The translations under genes and the position numbers were made by a program. A model generated the notes under the pieces. That model made no database searches, was not told where the DNA came from, and saw nothing but the letters and a program-made list of their open reading frames with translations. A stretch of DNA of 33,084 bases, taken from the NCBI GenBank assembly GCA_943372555.1, contig CALRZB010000001.1, positions 1 through 33,084 of the forward strand, in the 5' to 3' direction. The stretch comes from Chryseobacterium gleum (GTDB lineage: Bacteria > Bacteroidota > Bacteroidia > Flavobacteriales_D > Sanyastnellaceae). Positions 15,344 through 24,543 of this stretch are shown here, in pieces. The number at the start of each line of letters is the position of its first letter. Positions within the stretch are counted from its first letter, which is position 1.

Positions 15344-16807
15344 ATGGACTATCTCGAATCTAGTATTTCGCTGATGGATGAGCCTTCAAAAAAGAGTTTT
15401 CGCGCCTATCTGCAGCGCGTAAAACTCTCTGAACGAACGCTTCAACTCTTCGAGCTCATCAGCGCCAACCCCGAGACCGACGGCCAAACGCTCGCCCAAA
15501 AGCTCTATAAGCCCGTTAATCTGAACGCTTATCATAGTTTGAGAAAAAGTCTGCTATCGCAAATAGAGGAGTTCATTACCCTTCGGGAAATAACCAACAC
15601 GGAACACAATCCCCAACGTGTGCTTTCCATGGCCAAGTATTTTCTCGAAAACAACGACCGCGAATCTTCGAGCAGTTACTTGAAAAAAGCTGTACTGCTC
15701 GCCGAAAAGAATCACGACTATCAAATGCTCGATGCCATCTATCTTTTACAAATTGATAAAGCGCACGAACTCCACATCGATCCAGAAAATGTGATAGAAA
15801 AATGGGGACAAAACAAAAACAAGCTTGTCCTTCAGCAAAGACTTTCGGTGGCCAATAGTATTCTTAGAAAAAAATTATCGGAAGCGCGAAAGTCAGGCAC
15901 AATGCTCGATCCACAAGAGATCACAGATGAGGTATTGCAACTTTTCGATCTCCGTGGCGACGAAGCACTCATCGCTGAATTCATGCTTAAAGCGGTGCAA
16001 ATGATTCGAAGTGCAGTGGTAAGTTCCAAAGATTATTCGCGCTTCGAACCTTTCATACGCCGCGTCTATCAACGACTTGAGAGCGCAGGCGCATTCACAA
16101 AACAAAATGAAACCACGCGACAGCAATTCATCTACATGATTGCACACACGTGCTATAGAACAAGAAAACTAAAAGAATCAAACGCACTTCTCGAATCCAT
16201 TTCCAATTATTCAAACACTTTGAAATCGCGCTTTGTGCAACTGAACGCTGCAGTGTTAAGCTTTTCAGGCAACAACGAGCGTGGAATCGAAATACTCCGC
16301 GAAGCACTGAAATCAAGGGATACACGATTCTCCATCGAGGATCGATTAAACATGCGACTCAATTTGGTGGTGTTTTATTTTCAATCTGAAGAATTTAAAA
16401 AAGCCAATATCGAAATGCTCCTCATCAATCACAGCGATTCGTGGATTGAAAAAAGAATGGGAAAGGAGTGGCGATTCAAAAAAAGTATGATCGATGTAAT
16501 TCTTCAATGTGAGCTCGGAAATACCGATCTCGCTTTTTCAAGAATAAAAAACATGGAAAAATATTTCGTAGGCTTCTTCCAACATCCCGCATATCAGCGC
16601 GCTTTGATATTTATGCGCTTTGTAAAAACCATCATCGAACAGCCGGAGCGAGTTGCTATACCGGAGTTTGCCATTGAAGTGGAAAAGGCCAATATGGCTT
16701 GGCCAGACTACAAAGAAGACACTCAGGCCATCACGTTTTTCTGCTGGCTCAAATCAAAAATGATCCGCCGACCCTACTACGAAGTCCTACTCCAAGCGAT
16801 GAATTGA
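15344..16807 (+). CDS. hypothetical all-helical protein; possible N-terminal HTH followed by TPR-like repeats
   Basis: 487-aa ORF with an ATG start. The N-terminal ~80 aa (SERTLQLFELISANPETDGQTLAQKLYKPVNLNAYHSLRKSL) look HTH-like. The rest is helical repeat-like (e.g. AKYFLENNDRESSSSYLKKAVLLAEKNHDY). I recognised no diagnostic motif. Confidence 0.6.
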   Translation: MDYLESSISLMDEPSKKSFRAYLQRVKLSERTLQLFELISANPETDGQTLAQKLYKPVNLNAYHSLRKSLLSQIEEFITLREITNTEHNPQRVLSMAKYFLENNDRESSSSYLKKAVLLAEKNHDYQMLDAIYLLQIDKAHELHIDPENVIEKWGQNKNKLVLQQRLSVANSILRKKLSEARKSGTMLDPQEITDEVLQLFDLRGDEALIAEFMLKAVQMIRSAVVSSKDYSRFEPFIRRVYQRLESAGAFTKQNETTRQQFIYMIAHTCYRTRKLKESNALLESISNYSNTLKSRFVQLNAAVLSFSGNNERGIEILREALKSRDTRFSIEDRLNMRLNLVVFYFQSEEFKKANIEMLLINHSDSWIEKRMGKEWRFKKSMIDVILQCELGNTDLAFSRIKNMEKYFVGFFQHPAYQRALIFMRFVKTIIEQPERVAIPEFAIEVEKANMAWPDYKEDTQAITFFCWLKSKMIRRPYYEVLLQAMN

Positions 16808-16862
16808 TAATTTCATAGTCACAATTAAGCAACCTACACCCTCTATGCCCGTCACACTAGTG

Positions 16863-16870
16863 TACATTTG
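16863..16870 (+). promoter_or_regulatory. Bacteroidota -7 box TACATTTG, 4 nt upstream of the lipoprotein ATG
   Basis: The plus strand reads TACATTTG-CCAT-ATG (ATG at 16875). Confidence 0.5.
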
Positions 16871-16874
16871 CCAT

Positions 16875-17375
16875 ATGAAGAACCTTAACCTCATCCTGGC
16901 TGCTTCTATACTGTTTATTTTCAGTTCTTGTGCTCGAAAGGCAGAGGAAGCAGCAGAGTACAACGATATTATCATTGAACATCAAAAGAAGATCATTGCT
17001 TCTTTCGATCGTTTCGACTCTACATACGTGGATTCCGTAGCTTCCAAAGACATGGTCGAATTCTCTTATGTCGACATGCAATCCACCATCAAACGCAGTA
17101 TTATCGCCCTAGACAGCATTGGCCCATTTGAAAACGATCCCATTCTTCAAAATGCAGCACGCAGTCTTTTCAAGACCTACGATTCGCTTGTCACAGCTGA
17201 TTATAAAAAGCTTTTAGATATCAAATTACTTGACGAAAGCGCCATCTCTCCAGCAATGGTAGATACCAGCTTCGCGGCGCAAATTCGAATTCACGACACC
17301 TCTAAAGAAGCACAAGATCAATTCTTGAAAATGCAAGAGGATTTCGGAAAGAAATACAATCTTGTATTCGAATAG
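16875..17375 (+). CDS. hypothetical lipoprotein
   Basis: MKNLNLILAASILFIFSSCARK is a signal peptide with a lipobox (FSSC). The mature part is helical and its function is unknown. I prefer the start at 16875 over the track start at 16845, on the basis of the signal peptide and the -7 box. Confidence 0.65.
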   Translation: MKNLNLILAASILFIFSSCARKAEEAAEYNDIIIEHQKKIIASFDRFDSTYVDSVASKDMVEFSYVDMQSTIKRSIIALDSIGPFENDPILQNAARSLFKTYDSLVTADYKKLLDIKLLDESAISPAMVDTSFAAQIRIHDTSKEAQDQFLKMQEDFGKKYNLVFE

Positions 17376-17408
17376 CAACTAATCAGGGTTTCTCTCGTAG
17401 AAATCCAC

Positions 17409-17897
17409 ATGACACTCAAAACCCTAATTGCTTCGGCTTCATTGCTATTGACTTCTATTTGTGTGAATGCACAAGTTGGAATGCTCGAATACGCCGTGGG
17501 CGCGCGTCTTGGATCTGGTACCGGGATCTCGGGACAGTACTTCTACACAGATCATCACGTTTTTGAAGGCATCGTTTTCACACGATGGAAAGGCTTTAGT
17601 GTTACAGGTCTATACGAACATCACATGCAAATCCAGGATGTCAAAGGCCTCAAATGGTACATGGGTGTTGGTGGACACACATCATTCTATCCAATCGCAA
17701 GCACACACCCCGACTTGGGAAAATCCATCGCAGGAAATGCCTACTTCTTCGGTGGCGATGCAATACTAGGACTCGAATACTTCTTTAGATCAATACCAAT
17801 TCAAATGTCGGTCGACATCAAACCGGAATACAACTTCGGAATCATTGATCGTTTGGATATGACCAATGGCGGAATTAGCCTTCGCTATCGGTTTTAA
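17409..17897 (+). CDS. small outer-membrane beta-barrel protein (about 8 strands)
   Basis: 162 aa. The signal peptide is MTLKTLIASASLLLTSICVNAQ. It has alternating hydrophobic and aromatic strands, glycine-rich turns and a C-terminal ISLRYRF ending in Phe, as in OMPs. Confidence 0.65.
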   Translation: MTLKTLIASASLLLTSICVNAQVGMLEYAVGARLGSGTGISGQYFYTDHHVFEGIVFTRWKGFSVTGLYEHHMQIQDVKGLKWYMGVGGHTSFYPIASTHPDLGKSIAGNAYFFGGDAILGLEYFFRSIPIQMSVDIKPEYNFGIIDRLDMTNGGISLRYRF

Positions 17898-18655
17898 AAG
17901 TCGAGCCAAGACTTAAATTCTGAAGTCCGATGGCGCGATACAACCACCTCTTCTGAAAAATCTGGACTCACGTTCAATAGCAATCTGTTATTGGTATATG
18001 GCTCTATCCGGGCGATACTGCCCGTAGAGACAATCATTTTTCTATTTATTCTAAAAAATTCTGTTGGATCCAATTGAGACTCCAACTCCTCAAGCGTACT
18101 CTCGAGTAGATAACGCTCATTCTGTGCATTTACAATGAAAGTCACGCCTTCTTCTGAGAAAAAATAGGCGACCTCAGACGCAGGAACAAACGCTAATCTT
18201 CCAGCGGTCTTCACCAAAAAACGCTTTCTAAAATGTGCCTGTTCCAATCGAACAGATTCCACTATTGCACGCAAATCTTCATTGTTATCTTTCAGATTTC
18301 CTTTCATCAATTCATACTTTTCCACCGCACCTTTCAAGTCTTCATCTGAAATTGGTTTGAGCAAATAGTCGATTGAATTTACCTTGAAAGCCTTGATGGC
18401 GTAATGATCATACGCTGTTGTAAAAATAACTGGTGCGGGAACATTTGTTGATTTGAAAATATCAAAGCTCAATCCATCTGCAAGTTGAATATCCATAAAA
18501 ATCAAATCCACCTCTGGATTCTGTTTGAAGCACTCAACAGAATCTTCTACTGAATCCATGCGCTTTAATATCTCAATGCCAGGCTTCAATTCCTTGAGCA
18601 TGCGCTCGAGTCGATTTGCCGCAGGGGTCTCGTCTTCTATTATAATTACCTTCAT
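17894..18655 (-). CDS. LytR/AlgR-family response regulator (REC + LytTR DNA-binding domain)
   Basis: The REC domain reads MKVIIIEDETPAANRL...DLIFMDIQLADG...TAYDHYAIKAF. The LytTR-like C-terminus contains FFRINRKMIV. The start overlaps the kinase stop (ATGA). Confidence 0.9.
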   Translation of the reverse strand: MKVIIIEDETPAANRLERMLKELKPGIEILKRMDSVEDSVECFKQNPEVDLIFMDIQLADGLSFDIFKSTNVPAPVIFTTAYDHYAIKAFKVNSIDYLLKPISDEDLKGAVEKYELMKGNLKDNNEDLRAIVESVRLEQAHFRKRFLVKTAGRLAFVPASEVAYFFSEEGVTFIVNAQNERYLLESTLEELESQLDPTEFFRINRKMIVSTGSIARIEPYTNNRLLLNVSPDFSEEVVVSRHRTSEFKSWLDF

Positions 18656-19743
18656 TTTTCTTCAATATTTTCAAGTGGAACCCTAACACCGAATGTTTGT
18701 TCGGTTACATCCACAATAATATTTCTATCAAAAATCAACTTGTTGCGATTATCAATATTCTTCAAACCAGTTTTCGTCCCATTCTGCTCCTGCGGTTTTG
18801 GTTGAAATTCATTTTCTACCAACAACTCTGTATCATCAGATTTAATGAGGATTGCAAGCGGTTTCTTCATTGAAATAACGTTATGCTTAATGGCATTCTC
18901 AACCAAGATTTGCAGTGACATTGGAACCAAGAATTTCTCCAAATCCTGATCGCGAATTTCGTACACCACTTTTAGGTTTTCCGGAAATCTTGTTTGAACC
19001 AGAAACAAATAATCTTTCAACGATTCCAATTCTTCGCGCAGTGTCACAACCTGGCGTTGATTCAAATCAAGGATATTTCTATACACTGTGCTCATTCGCT
19101 GTACAAATTCAACCGCCTTTTTTTGGTCCTCTGGAATAATGCTTGCGAGAGTATTTAGACTATTAAACAAAAAGTGTGGATTCACTTGATTTTTCAAGGC
19201 TTCCAACTGAGAACTCAATCTCTCCTTTTTCAACTTTTCTGTTTCTGCTATAGACTCTTTCCACCGCGTAAAAAAGTAAACTGCCTCATAAAGAGTCACC
19301 ACAAAAATGGTAGCAGAAAAACTTATTAAGAAAGTTTGAAAAAGCCCCTTACCCTCCACCTCGTTTTCAGTAAAAGCGCCGGTGTAAGATTCAATTGCGC
19401 CAATAATGAACGACATTGAAAACGTGAAAATGATAGTTACTACAAGCTGTTTAAGCAATCGCTTCGTCAAATCAGCATGCGACGGAAACATTCTCCTATA
19501 GAAAATAGTAATCTGTCTGTTGCCCATCCAAAACAATCCTGTGAAAACAACTGACCAAATTCCATCGTGGAAAAAGCAAGCACAAGCCTCTTGAAATGTC
19601 AATCCCATAAATAAGATAGGCATTGAAAAACCAAGCACAGGCACACCAATCAAGATAAGGGGCCAATCGCGAAAACCGAGCAACTTTTTGTCACTCGGCT
19701 TTTCGCAATAATTCTTCTTTATATTTTCAATCTGACTTTTCAA
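18652..19743 (-). CDS. LytS/YehU-type sensor histidine kinase, membrane-embedded sensor region without a large extracytoplasmic domain
   Basis: About 4 TM helices are followed by a coiled coil and the H-box NPHFLFNSLNTLASII. The C-terminal ATPase-like region contains LVENAIKHN. The apparent start is TTG at 19743, 19 bp after the TonB-receptor stop. Confidence 0.85.
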   Translation of the reverse strand: MKSQIENIKKNYCEKPSDKKLLGFRDWPLILIGVPVLGFSMPILFMGLTFQEACACFFHDGIWSVVFTGLFWMGNRQITIFYRRMFPSHADLTKRLLKQLVVTIIFTFSMSFIIGAIESYTGAFTENEVEGKGLFQTFLISFSATIFVVTLYEAVYFFTRWKESIAETEKLKKERLSSQLEALKNQVNPHFLFNSLNTLASIIPEDQKKAVEFVQRMSTVYRNILDLNQRQVVTLREELESLKDYLFLVQTRFPENLKVVYEIRDQDLEKFLVPMSLQILVENAIKHNVISMKKPLAILIKSDDTELLVENEFQPKPQEQNGTKTGLKNIDNRNKLIFDRNIIVDVTEQTFGVRVPLENIEEK

Positions 19744-19762
19744 ATCTCAAAACTATTATTCT

Positions 19763-22111
19763 TTAAAAGTATACAGAATAAAGGAAAACCGGAAAAAATC
19801 CAGTTTGATAAGTAGTCTCGATCTCCCCACTTCTTGTGCTATAATTCGACATAAATACATTTTGTTGATTGGTGATATTTCGAATGTCAAATGCTATGCT
19901 TTGCGCAAACTTCTTGAAGTTCATGCGGTATCCAATTTTGAAATCAAATCGGATATAGGGATCGTATTGAGCACCATAACTCAATTCTTCTGGGCGAATC
20001 TCTTCACCCGCAGCGCGAGAAGCTTCTAGATTAATTGGTGTATAGCGTCTTCCGCCAGCAATCGAAGCTTTGGTATCAAGTGTCAAACTCTGATTTTTTC
20101 CAATTTTAAACTCTTTACCAGCCAATAAATTCACCACATAATTTCCATTAAACGCGGTGTTTCTCTCTACACCATCGCTTCCTTCATATTTACTTTGAAA
20201 AACAGAAGTAGTAAGCAAATAATAAAATCCTTTATTCAAGAAACGCTCTACTGTAAGTTCCACCCCATAGTTCTCTCCCTTGCCTTCATTTACCAAGTCA
20301 CCATTATTTGGGAAAGTAAAATCAGCTCCAGTGTTCAACACTGAAAAGGCAGAACTGCGGCGGTCTACAGCGATATTATACAAGTACTGATAATAAGCCT
20401 CCATCTTGATTCTCACATTTTCATTCAACTGAATATCATAACCCACAACAGCGTGCGCTGCCTTATTGTAATCGAGTTCTTTATTGTTTGAAACAATATC
20501 TCCATTGTCCAATTCTTCGCGACTGAAATAGGTTGGAATAGGTTGCAACTGACTATGCAAACCAACACCGAAATTCAAGCTTTGTCCAGGCTTCGTCGCG
20601 AAACGCGCACCAAGCCTTGGTTCCACGGCAATACTATTGTTCAACAAAAACATCTGTCCGTGTAATCCAGAATTAATCGTCCATCTATCTGTTGGACGAT
20701 ACTGCCAAAGCATATACCCTTGTGCTAAACCTGCATCGCCTTTAAAATCATTTTGTCTGAAAAAATAGGTGCTTTCATACAGCACGCTATCACGCAATTC
20801 AAAGAAGTATTGATCATACATGATACCCGCTTTAATCGTGTTTTTCGCATTGCGTTTTGAGTTGACGAAATAGTGCGCACTTGCTTTATTCTGTCTTTGA
20901 AACACCCCATAGAAACGATGTGCATTATCATTGACATCGAGCGTATCAGTGAAACCTTCTGTTCCACCAGTTGAGGTGGCTAACACCAATTTTCCAAAAG
21001 TTTTCTCATTGAAAAAATAAGTATGCGAAACGCCAAGAACCCCTGTAGAGCTCGTGAATTGCTGGTTTTGACGATCATCAGAATATAAATTTCCCTCTTC
21101 AGAATCCGTTCCTTTGAAATCAATAAAGCTTGTTCCTCCAATTCCAAAGACCGTGAATTTTCCAGCTTTTTTAGTAGGAAAATCCAAACGCACAGATAAA
21201 TCTTGATACTCTGGAATGGCTGATCCTGTCCCGAAATCAATACCCAATGATGACATTATTCCCAAAAAAGAATAACGCCCGTTTATCAAGTAAGTCGCGC
21301 TAGCGCCCTTTTTAAAAGGCCCTTCAGCACCAAGCTCAAATCCATTGAAACCCATCTGGGCCATGTACTCCCTCTTGTCCTGATTACCGCTTCTCATGCG
21401 CAAATCAAAAACGCCTCCCAAAGCATTTCCGTAATCAGCAGAGAATGCACTCGTTGCAAAATCGCTATTCGATAAATTATTAATATTCAATAAAGAAATC
21501 GGACCACCAGTGGTACCAACTGTTGCGAAGTGATTCGGACTTGGAATGTCAATACCCTCTAATCTCCAAAGCACTCCCGTTGGGCTATTTCCACGAATGA
21601 TAATGTCGTTTCTATCATCGTTTGCGCTGCTCACACCTGCATAGTTCTGCGCCATCCGCGATGGGTCTTGCAGCGTTCCGCTATAACGCATCGCCTCATC
21701 AATACTAAATGAGCGAGATGATATAGATGACATTTTATTAATAGATTCCGACTTGCTTTCCTCGGCTACAATCTCTACTCCATCAAGAAGCAAAACATTT
21801 TCTTCCATTTGAATATTCAATTCCAAATCTTTACCTGAATTCAATAACAAATTTGAAAATGCTTGCGGGTTATATCCTGTGAATTTCACTTGAACACTCA
21901 CACGTCCCACTGAAACATTAGTAATGCGAAAGTGTCCGGTTGCATCCGTTACAGCTCCTATTATTGGATCAGTATTGACCACAGTTACTGTAACTCCCTC
22001 CAGAGGAAACTGACTTTGCTTGTCTACAATAGTTCCTCGAATATTGCCCGTTTGAGCAATTGACGTTGCACTGATCAGCGCAAGAGTGAATAGGGATAAA
22101 AACTTTTTCAT
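19763..22111 (-). CDS. TonB-dependent outer-membrane receptor with an N-terminal carboxypeptidase-regulatory-like domain
   Basis: The signal peptide is MKKFLSLFTLALISATSIAQ. The CarbopepD_reg-like segment is GNIRGTIVDKQSQFPLEGVTVTV. The plug-like segment is IIIRGNSPTGVLWRLEGIDIPSPNHF. A long barrel ends in the aromatic terminus LYSVYF. I prefer the ATG at 22111 over the track's TTG at 22204. Confidence 0.85.
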   Translation of the reverse strand: MKKFLSLFTLALISATSIAQTGNIRGTIVDKQSQFPLEGVTVTVVNTDPIIGAVTDATGHFRITNVSVGRVSVQVKFTGYNPQAFSNLLLNSGKDLELNIQMEENVLLLDGVEIVAEESKSESINKMSSISSRSFSIDEAMRYSGTLQDPSRMAQNYAGVSSANDDRNDIIIRGNSPTGVLWRLEGIDIPSPNHFATVGTTGGPISLLNINNLSNSDFATSAFSADYGNALGGVFDLRMRSGNQDKREYMAQMGFNGFELGAEGPFKKGASATYLINGRYSFLGIMSSLGIDFGTGSAIPEYQDLSVRLDFPTKKAGKFTVFGIGGTSFIDFKGTDSEEGNLYSDDRQNQQFTSSTGVLGVSHTYFFNEKTFGKLVLATSTGGTEGFTDTLDVNDNAHRFYGVFQRQNKASAHYFVNSKRNAKNTIKAGIMYDQYFFELRDSVLYESTYFFRQNDFKGDAGLAQGYMLWQYRPTDRWTINSGLHGQMFLLNNSIAVEPRLGARFATKPGQSLNFGVGLHSQLQPIPTYFSREELDNGDIVSNNKELDYNKAAHAVVGYDIQLNENVRIKMEAYYQYLYNIAVDRRSSAFSVLNTGADFTFPNNGDLVNEGKGENYGVELTVERFLNKGFYYLLTTSVFQSKYEGSDGVERNTAFNGNYVVNLLAGKEFKIGKNQSLTLDTKASIAGGRRYTPINLEASRAAGEEIRPEELSYGAQYDPYIRFDFKIGYRMNFKKFAQSIAFDIRNITNQQNVFMSNYSTRSGEIETTYQTGFFPVFLYSVYF

Positions 22112-22215
22112 AGTTGGATCATTATGCCGGCAAAAGTCCATTGACAATTTCATTAAATAAAGTGGAATGGGTTGAATTACCTTTTTTGCGACTTGAATTG
22201 TCAAACATTAAAATT

Positions 22216-22223
22216 CAAAAGTA
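22216..22223 (-). promoter_or_regulatory. Bacteroidota -7 box TACTTTTG about 105 nt upstream of the TonB-receptor ATG
   Basis: The minus strand reads GAGTACTTTTGAATT, an exact TAnnTTTG match. Confidence 0.35.
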
Positions 22224-22329
22224 CTCTTTTAGGCTGCGCTTGTTAAAAGTCGTTAAGCCACACTCGATAAACCATTTTAACAAATGACATTGTTCCGTTA
22301 CTTTGTGGCAAACTCGCCAAACACGGAAT

Positions 22330-23814
22330 ATGAAGTCCAAGTACCTATGGTCCCTTATTGTCCTCAGCACCATTGCTGTGGCTGGGCTTATTGTGCTTCA
22401 AGTATATTGGGTAAACAACACCTTCATTCTTCGTGAGCAAGATTTCAGTAGCAATACCACCAAGGCTTTAATCAAAGTAGCCAGCATACTCGAAAAAGAA
22501 GAGGCTCAGAAAATTGCCCTGGCTCAATCTAGCAACCCTTCAATTAGCCTATCTGGCGCGGCAGATAGTTCAATAGTCCTCAGTCACGGCAAGCGCGATC
22601 ACAATGTAATCAGCAGCAATCTCGACGAAAGTCGGGATTCAGCTTTCTACAATCAACTTGGTGAATCGGGCGTCAATCAACGCAAAATACTCAAGCAATC
22701 CGGTATTCTTGAAGACATTCTCGATGGTCTCTTCGATTTGGATATCATGGAAACCATTCATACACGAATAGATACTGCCCATGTGGATAGCTTGATCAAA
22801 AGTGAATTAGAGGCTTTTGGTATTAAAGCAAAATATCATTTCGGTGTTTTCAATCGCTATCAGCAGCCTGAAATCATCAATGAACAAGACGTGCCTTTCG
22901 TTGATTACTTCTTTACCGAAGGCTATAAGGCACAACTCTTTCCAAATGATCCCATTTCAGACGTGAACTATCTCCGCGTTTGGTTCCCAAATCAACGCGG
23001 CTATTTGATTAGTTCGATGTGGACCATGCTTGCCACTTCAGGAGTCTTGCTCATCGTTATCATGTTGTTGTTCTCCTATTCGATTGGAACAATTTACCGT
23101 CAGAAAAAATTGAGTGAAATTAAAACAGATTTCATCAACAACATGACACATGAGTTGAAAACTCCTATTACCACGATCTCTCTGGCGTGCGAAGCGATGA
23201 ACGATCCGGATATGCAACAAAGCAAAACAGCGATGTCGACCTATATCGGAATGATCAATGAAGAAAATAAAAGATTGGGTGTGCTCGTTGAAAACGTTTT
23301 GCGTACTGCAATTTTCGAGCAAGGAGATATGCAGTTGCGAATCAATAAAATCAATACGCACAGCATCATTGAGCAGGTTATTCGTAACATTGAAATTCAA
23401 GTTAAAAAGAAGAAGGGAGTTATTGTTCAGCATCTCGATGCGAGCAATCCAACAATAGAAGGAGATCATCTTCACATCACCAATGTGATTTATAATCTCA
23501 TCGATAATGCGATCAAATACAGTGAGATTTCTCCCACCGTGGAAATCTACACTCGCGATGAAATGGACGGAATTGCCATCGCATTCAAAGACAACGGTAT
23601 CGGAATCTCAAGAGAAAATCAAAGAAAAGTTTTTGATAAACTATATCGCGTACCCACAGGAAACGTGCACAACGTTAAGGGCTTCGGCCTTGGTTTAAGC
23701 TATGTAAAAGGCGTAGTAGAAAAACACGGCGGCACAGTTGACGTGGAAAGCGAGGTAAAAAAAGGAAGTACATTCACCATACACATCCCTAGAAGGCATG
23801 AAAAAGAATCTTAA
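22330..23814 (+). CDS. sensor histidine kinase (HisKA + HATPase_c) with two TM helices flanking a periplasmic domain
   Basis: The H-box is FINNMTHELKTPITTISL, the N-box is LIDNAIKYS, and the G-boxes are DNGIGIS and GFGLGLSYV. I prefer the ATG at 22330 (MKSKYLWSLIVLS...). Confidence 0.9.
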   Translation: MKSKYLWSLIVLSTIAVAGLIVLQVYWVNNTFILREQDFSSNTTKALIKVASILEKEEAQKIALAQSSNPSISLSGAADSSIVLSHGKRDHNVISSNLDESRDSAFYNQLGESGVNQRKILKQSGILEDILDGLFDLDIMETIHTRIDTAHVDSLIKSELEAFGIKAKYHFGVFNRYQQPEIINEQDVPFVDYFFTEGYKAQLFPNDPISDVNYLRVWFPNQRGYLISSMWTMLATSGVLLIVIMLLFSYSIGTIYRQKKLSEIKTDFINNMTHELKTPITTISLACEAMNDPDMQQSKTAMSTYIGMINEENKRLGVLVENVLRTAIFEQGDMQLRINKINTHSIIEQVIRNIEIQVKKKKGVIVQHLDASNPTIEGDHLHITNVIYNLIDNAIKYSEISPTVEIYTRDEMDGIAIAFKDNGIGISRENQRKVFDKLYRVPTGNVHNVKGFGLGLSYVKGVVEKHGGTVDVESEVKKGSTFTIHIPRRHEKES

Positions 23815-24493
23815 AGTTTTATTGTGCGAGGACGATCCAAACCTCGGAACACTTTTGTCAGAATACCTGAAAGCAAAAGGTTTTGAAACAGATCTTGGAA
23901 CTGATGGAGCAGAGGGCAGTAAGCTTTTCAAGCGAAATACGTATGACTTCATCATACTCGATGTGATGATGCCAGTGAAAGACGGTTTCACTTTAGCTGC
24001 AGAAATTCGTGAAGATGACAAGCACGTTCCAATCCTTTTCCTCACCGCAAAAAGCATGAAGGAAGACACACTTGAAGGTTTCAAAGCTGGTGCAGATGAC
24101 TACATGACAAAACCATTCAGCATGGAAGAATTACTTGTTCGTATGAACGCTATTCTGCGCCGTACATCAGCACTTCCAGAGGATGGAGAAGAGGTGAACG
24201 AATTTACAATCGGCCGTTATCACTTCGATTACAACAAGCAAAAACTTGCTGTTGATACCCAAGAATTCAAACTCACCACAAAAGAGAATGAACTGCTTTA
24301 CTTGCTTTGTAAAAACAAGAATGGCGTAATGGAAAGAAGCTACGCTTTGAAAGCAATTTGGGGTGATGATAACTATTTCAATGGACGTTCAATGGACGTT
24401 TATATTGCCAAGCTGCGCAAGCACTTGAAAGAAGACACAAGTGTTGAAATCCTCAACATTCACGGACGCGGTTTCAAGCTGCTAGACAATTAA
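23798..24493 (+). CDS. OmpR/PhoB-family response regulator (REC + winged helix)
   Basis: It contains KVLLCEDDPNLG...DFIILDVMMPVKDG...LTAK, and a C-terminal ...LTTKENELLYLL...YIAKLRKHL...IHGRGFKL. It overlaps the kinase gene by 17 bp. Confidence 0.92.
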   Translation: MKKNLKVLLCEDDPNLGTLLSEYLKAKGFETDLGTDGAEGSKLFKRNTYDFIILDVMMPVKDGFTLAAEIREDDKHVPILFLTAKSMKEDTLEGFKAGADDYMTKPFSMEELLVRMNAILRRTSALPEDGEEVNEFTIGRYHFDYNKQKLAVDTQEFKLTTKENELLYLLCKNKNGVMERSYALKAIWGDDNYFNGRSMDVYIAKLRKHLKEDTSVEILNIHGRGFKLLDN

Positions 24494-24515
24494 TTAGGGT
24501 TGTCGCTGCTTTAAC

Positions 24516-24523
24516 TATATTTG
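24516..24523 (+). promoter_or_regulatory. Bacteroidota -7 box TATATTTG upstream of the small membrane protein/uppP pair
   Basis: Exact TAnnTTTG match, 20 nt upstream of the ATG at 24544. The same ACTATATTTG decamer occurs at 9858..9867. Confidence 0.4.
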
Positions 24524-24543
24524 CCTTCAAAGACATTTAGAAT

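Noticed and set aside
16854-16863. 10-bp palindrome ACACTAGTGT upstream of the lipoprotein gene, sharing the ACTAGTG core with the heptamer arrays
   Set aside because: Roughly 30 perfect 10-bp palindromes are expected by chance in 33 kb, so the palindrome alone is not significant. It also overlaps the -7 box region. I noted it only as a possible coincidence.
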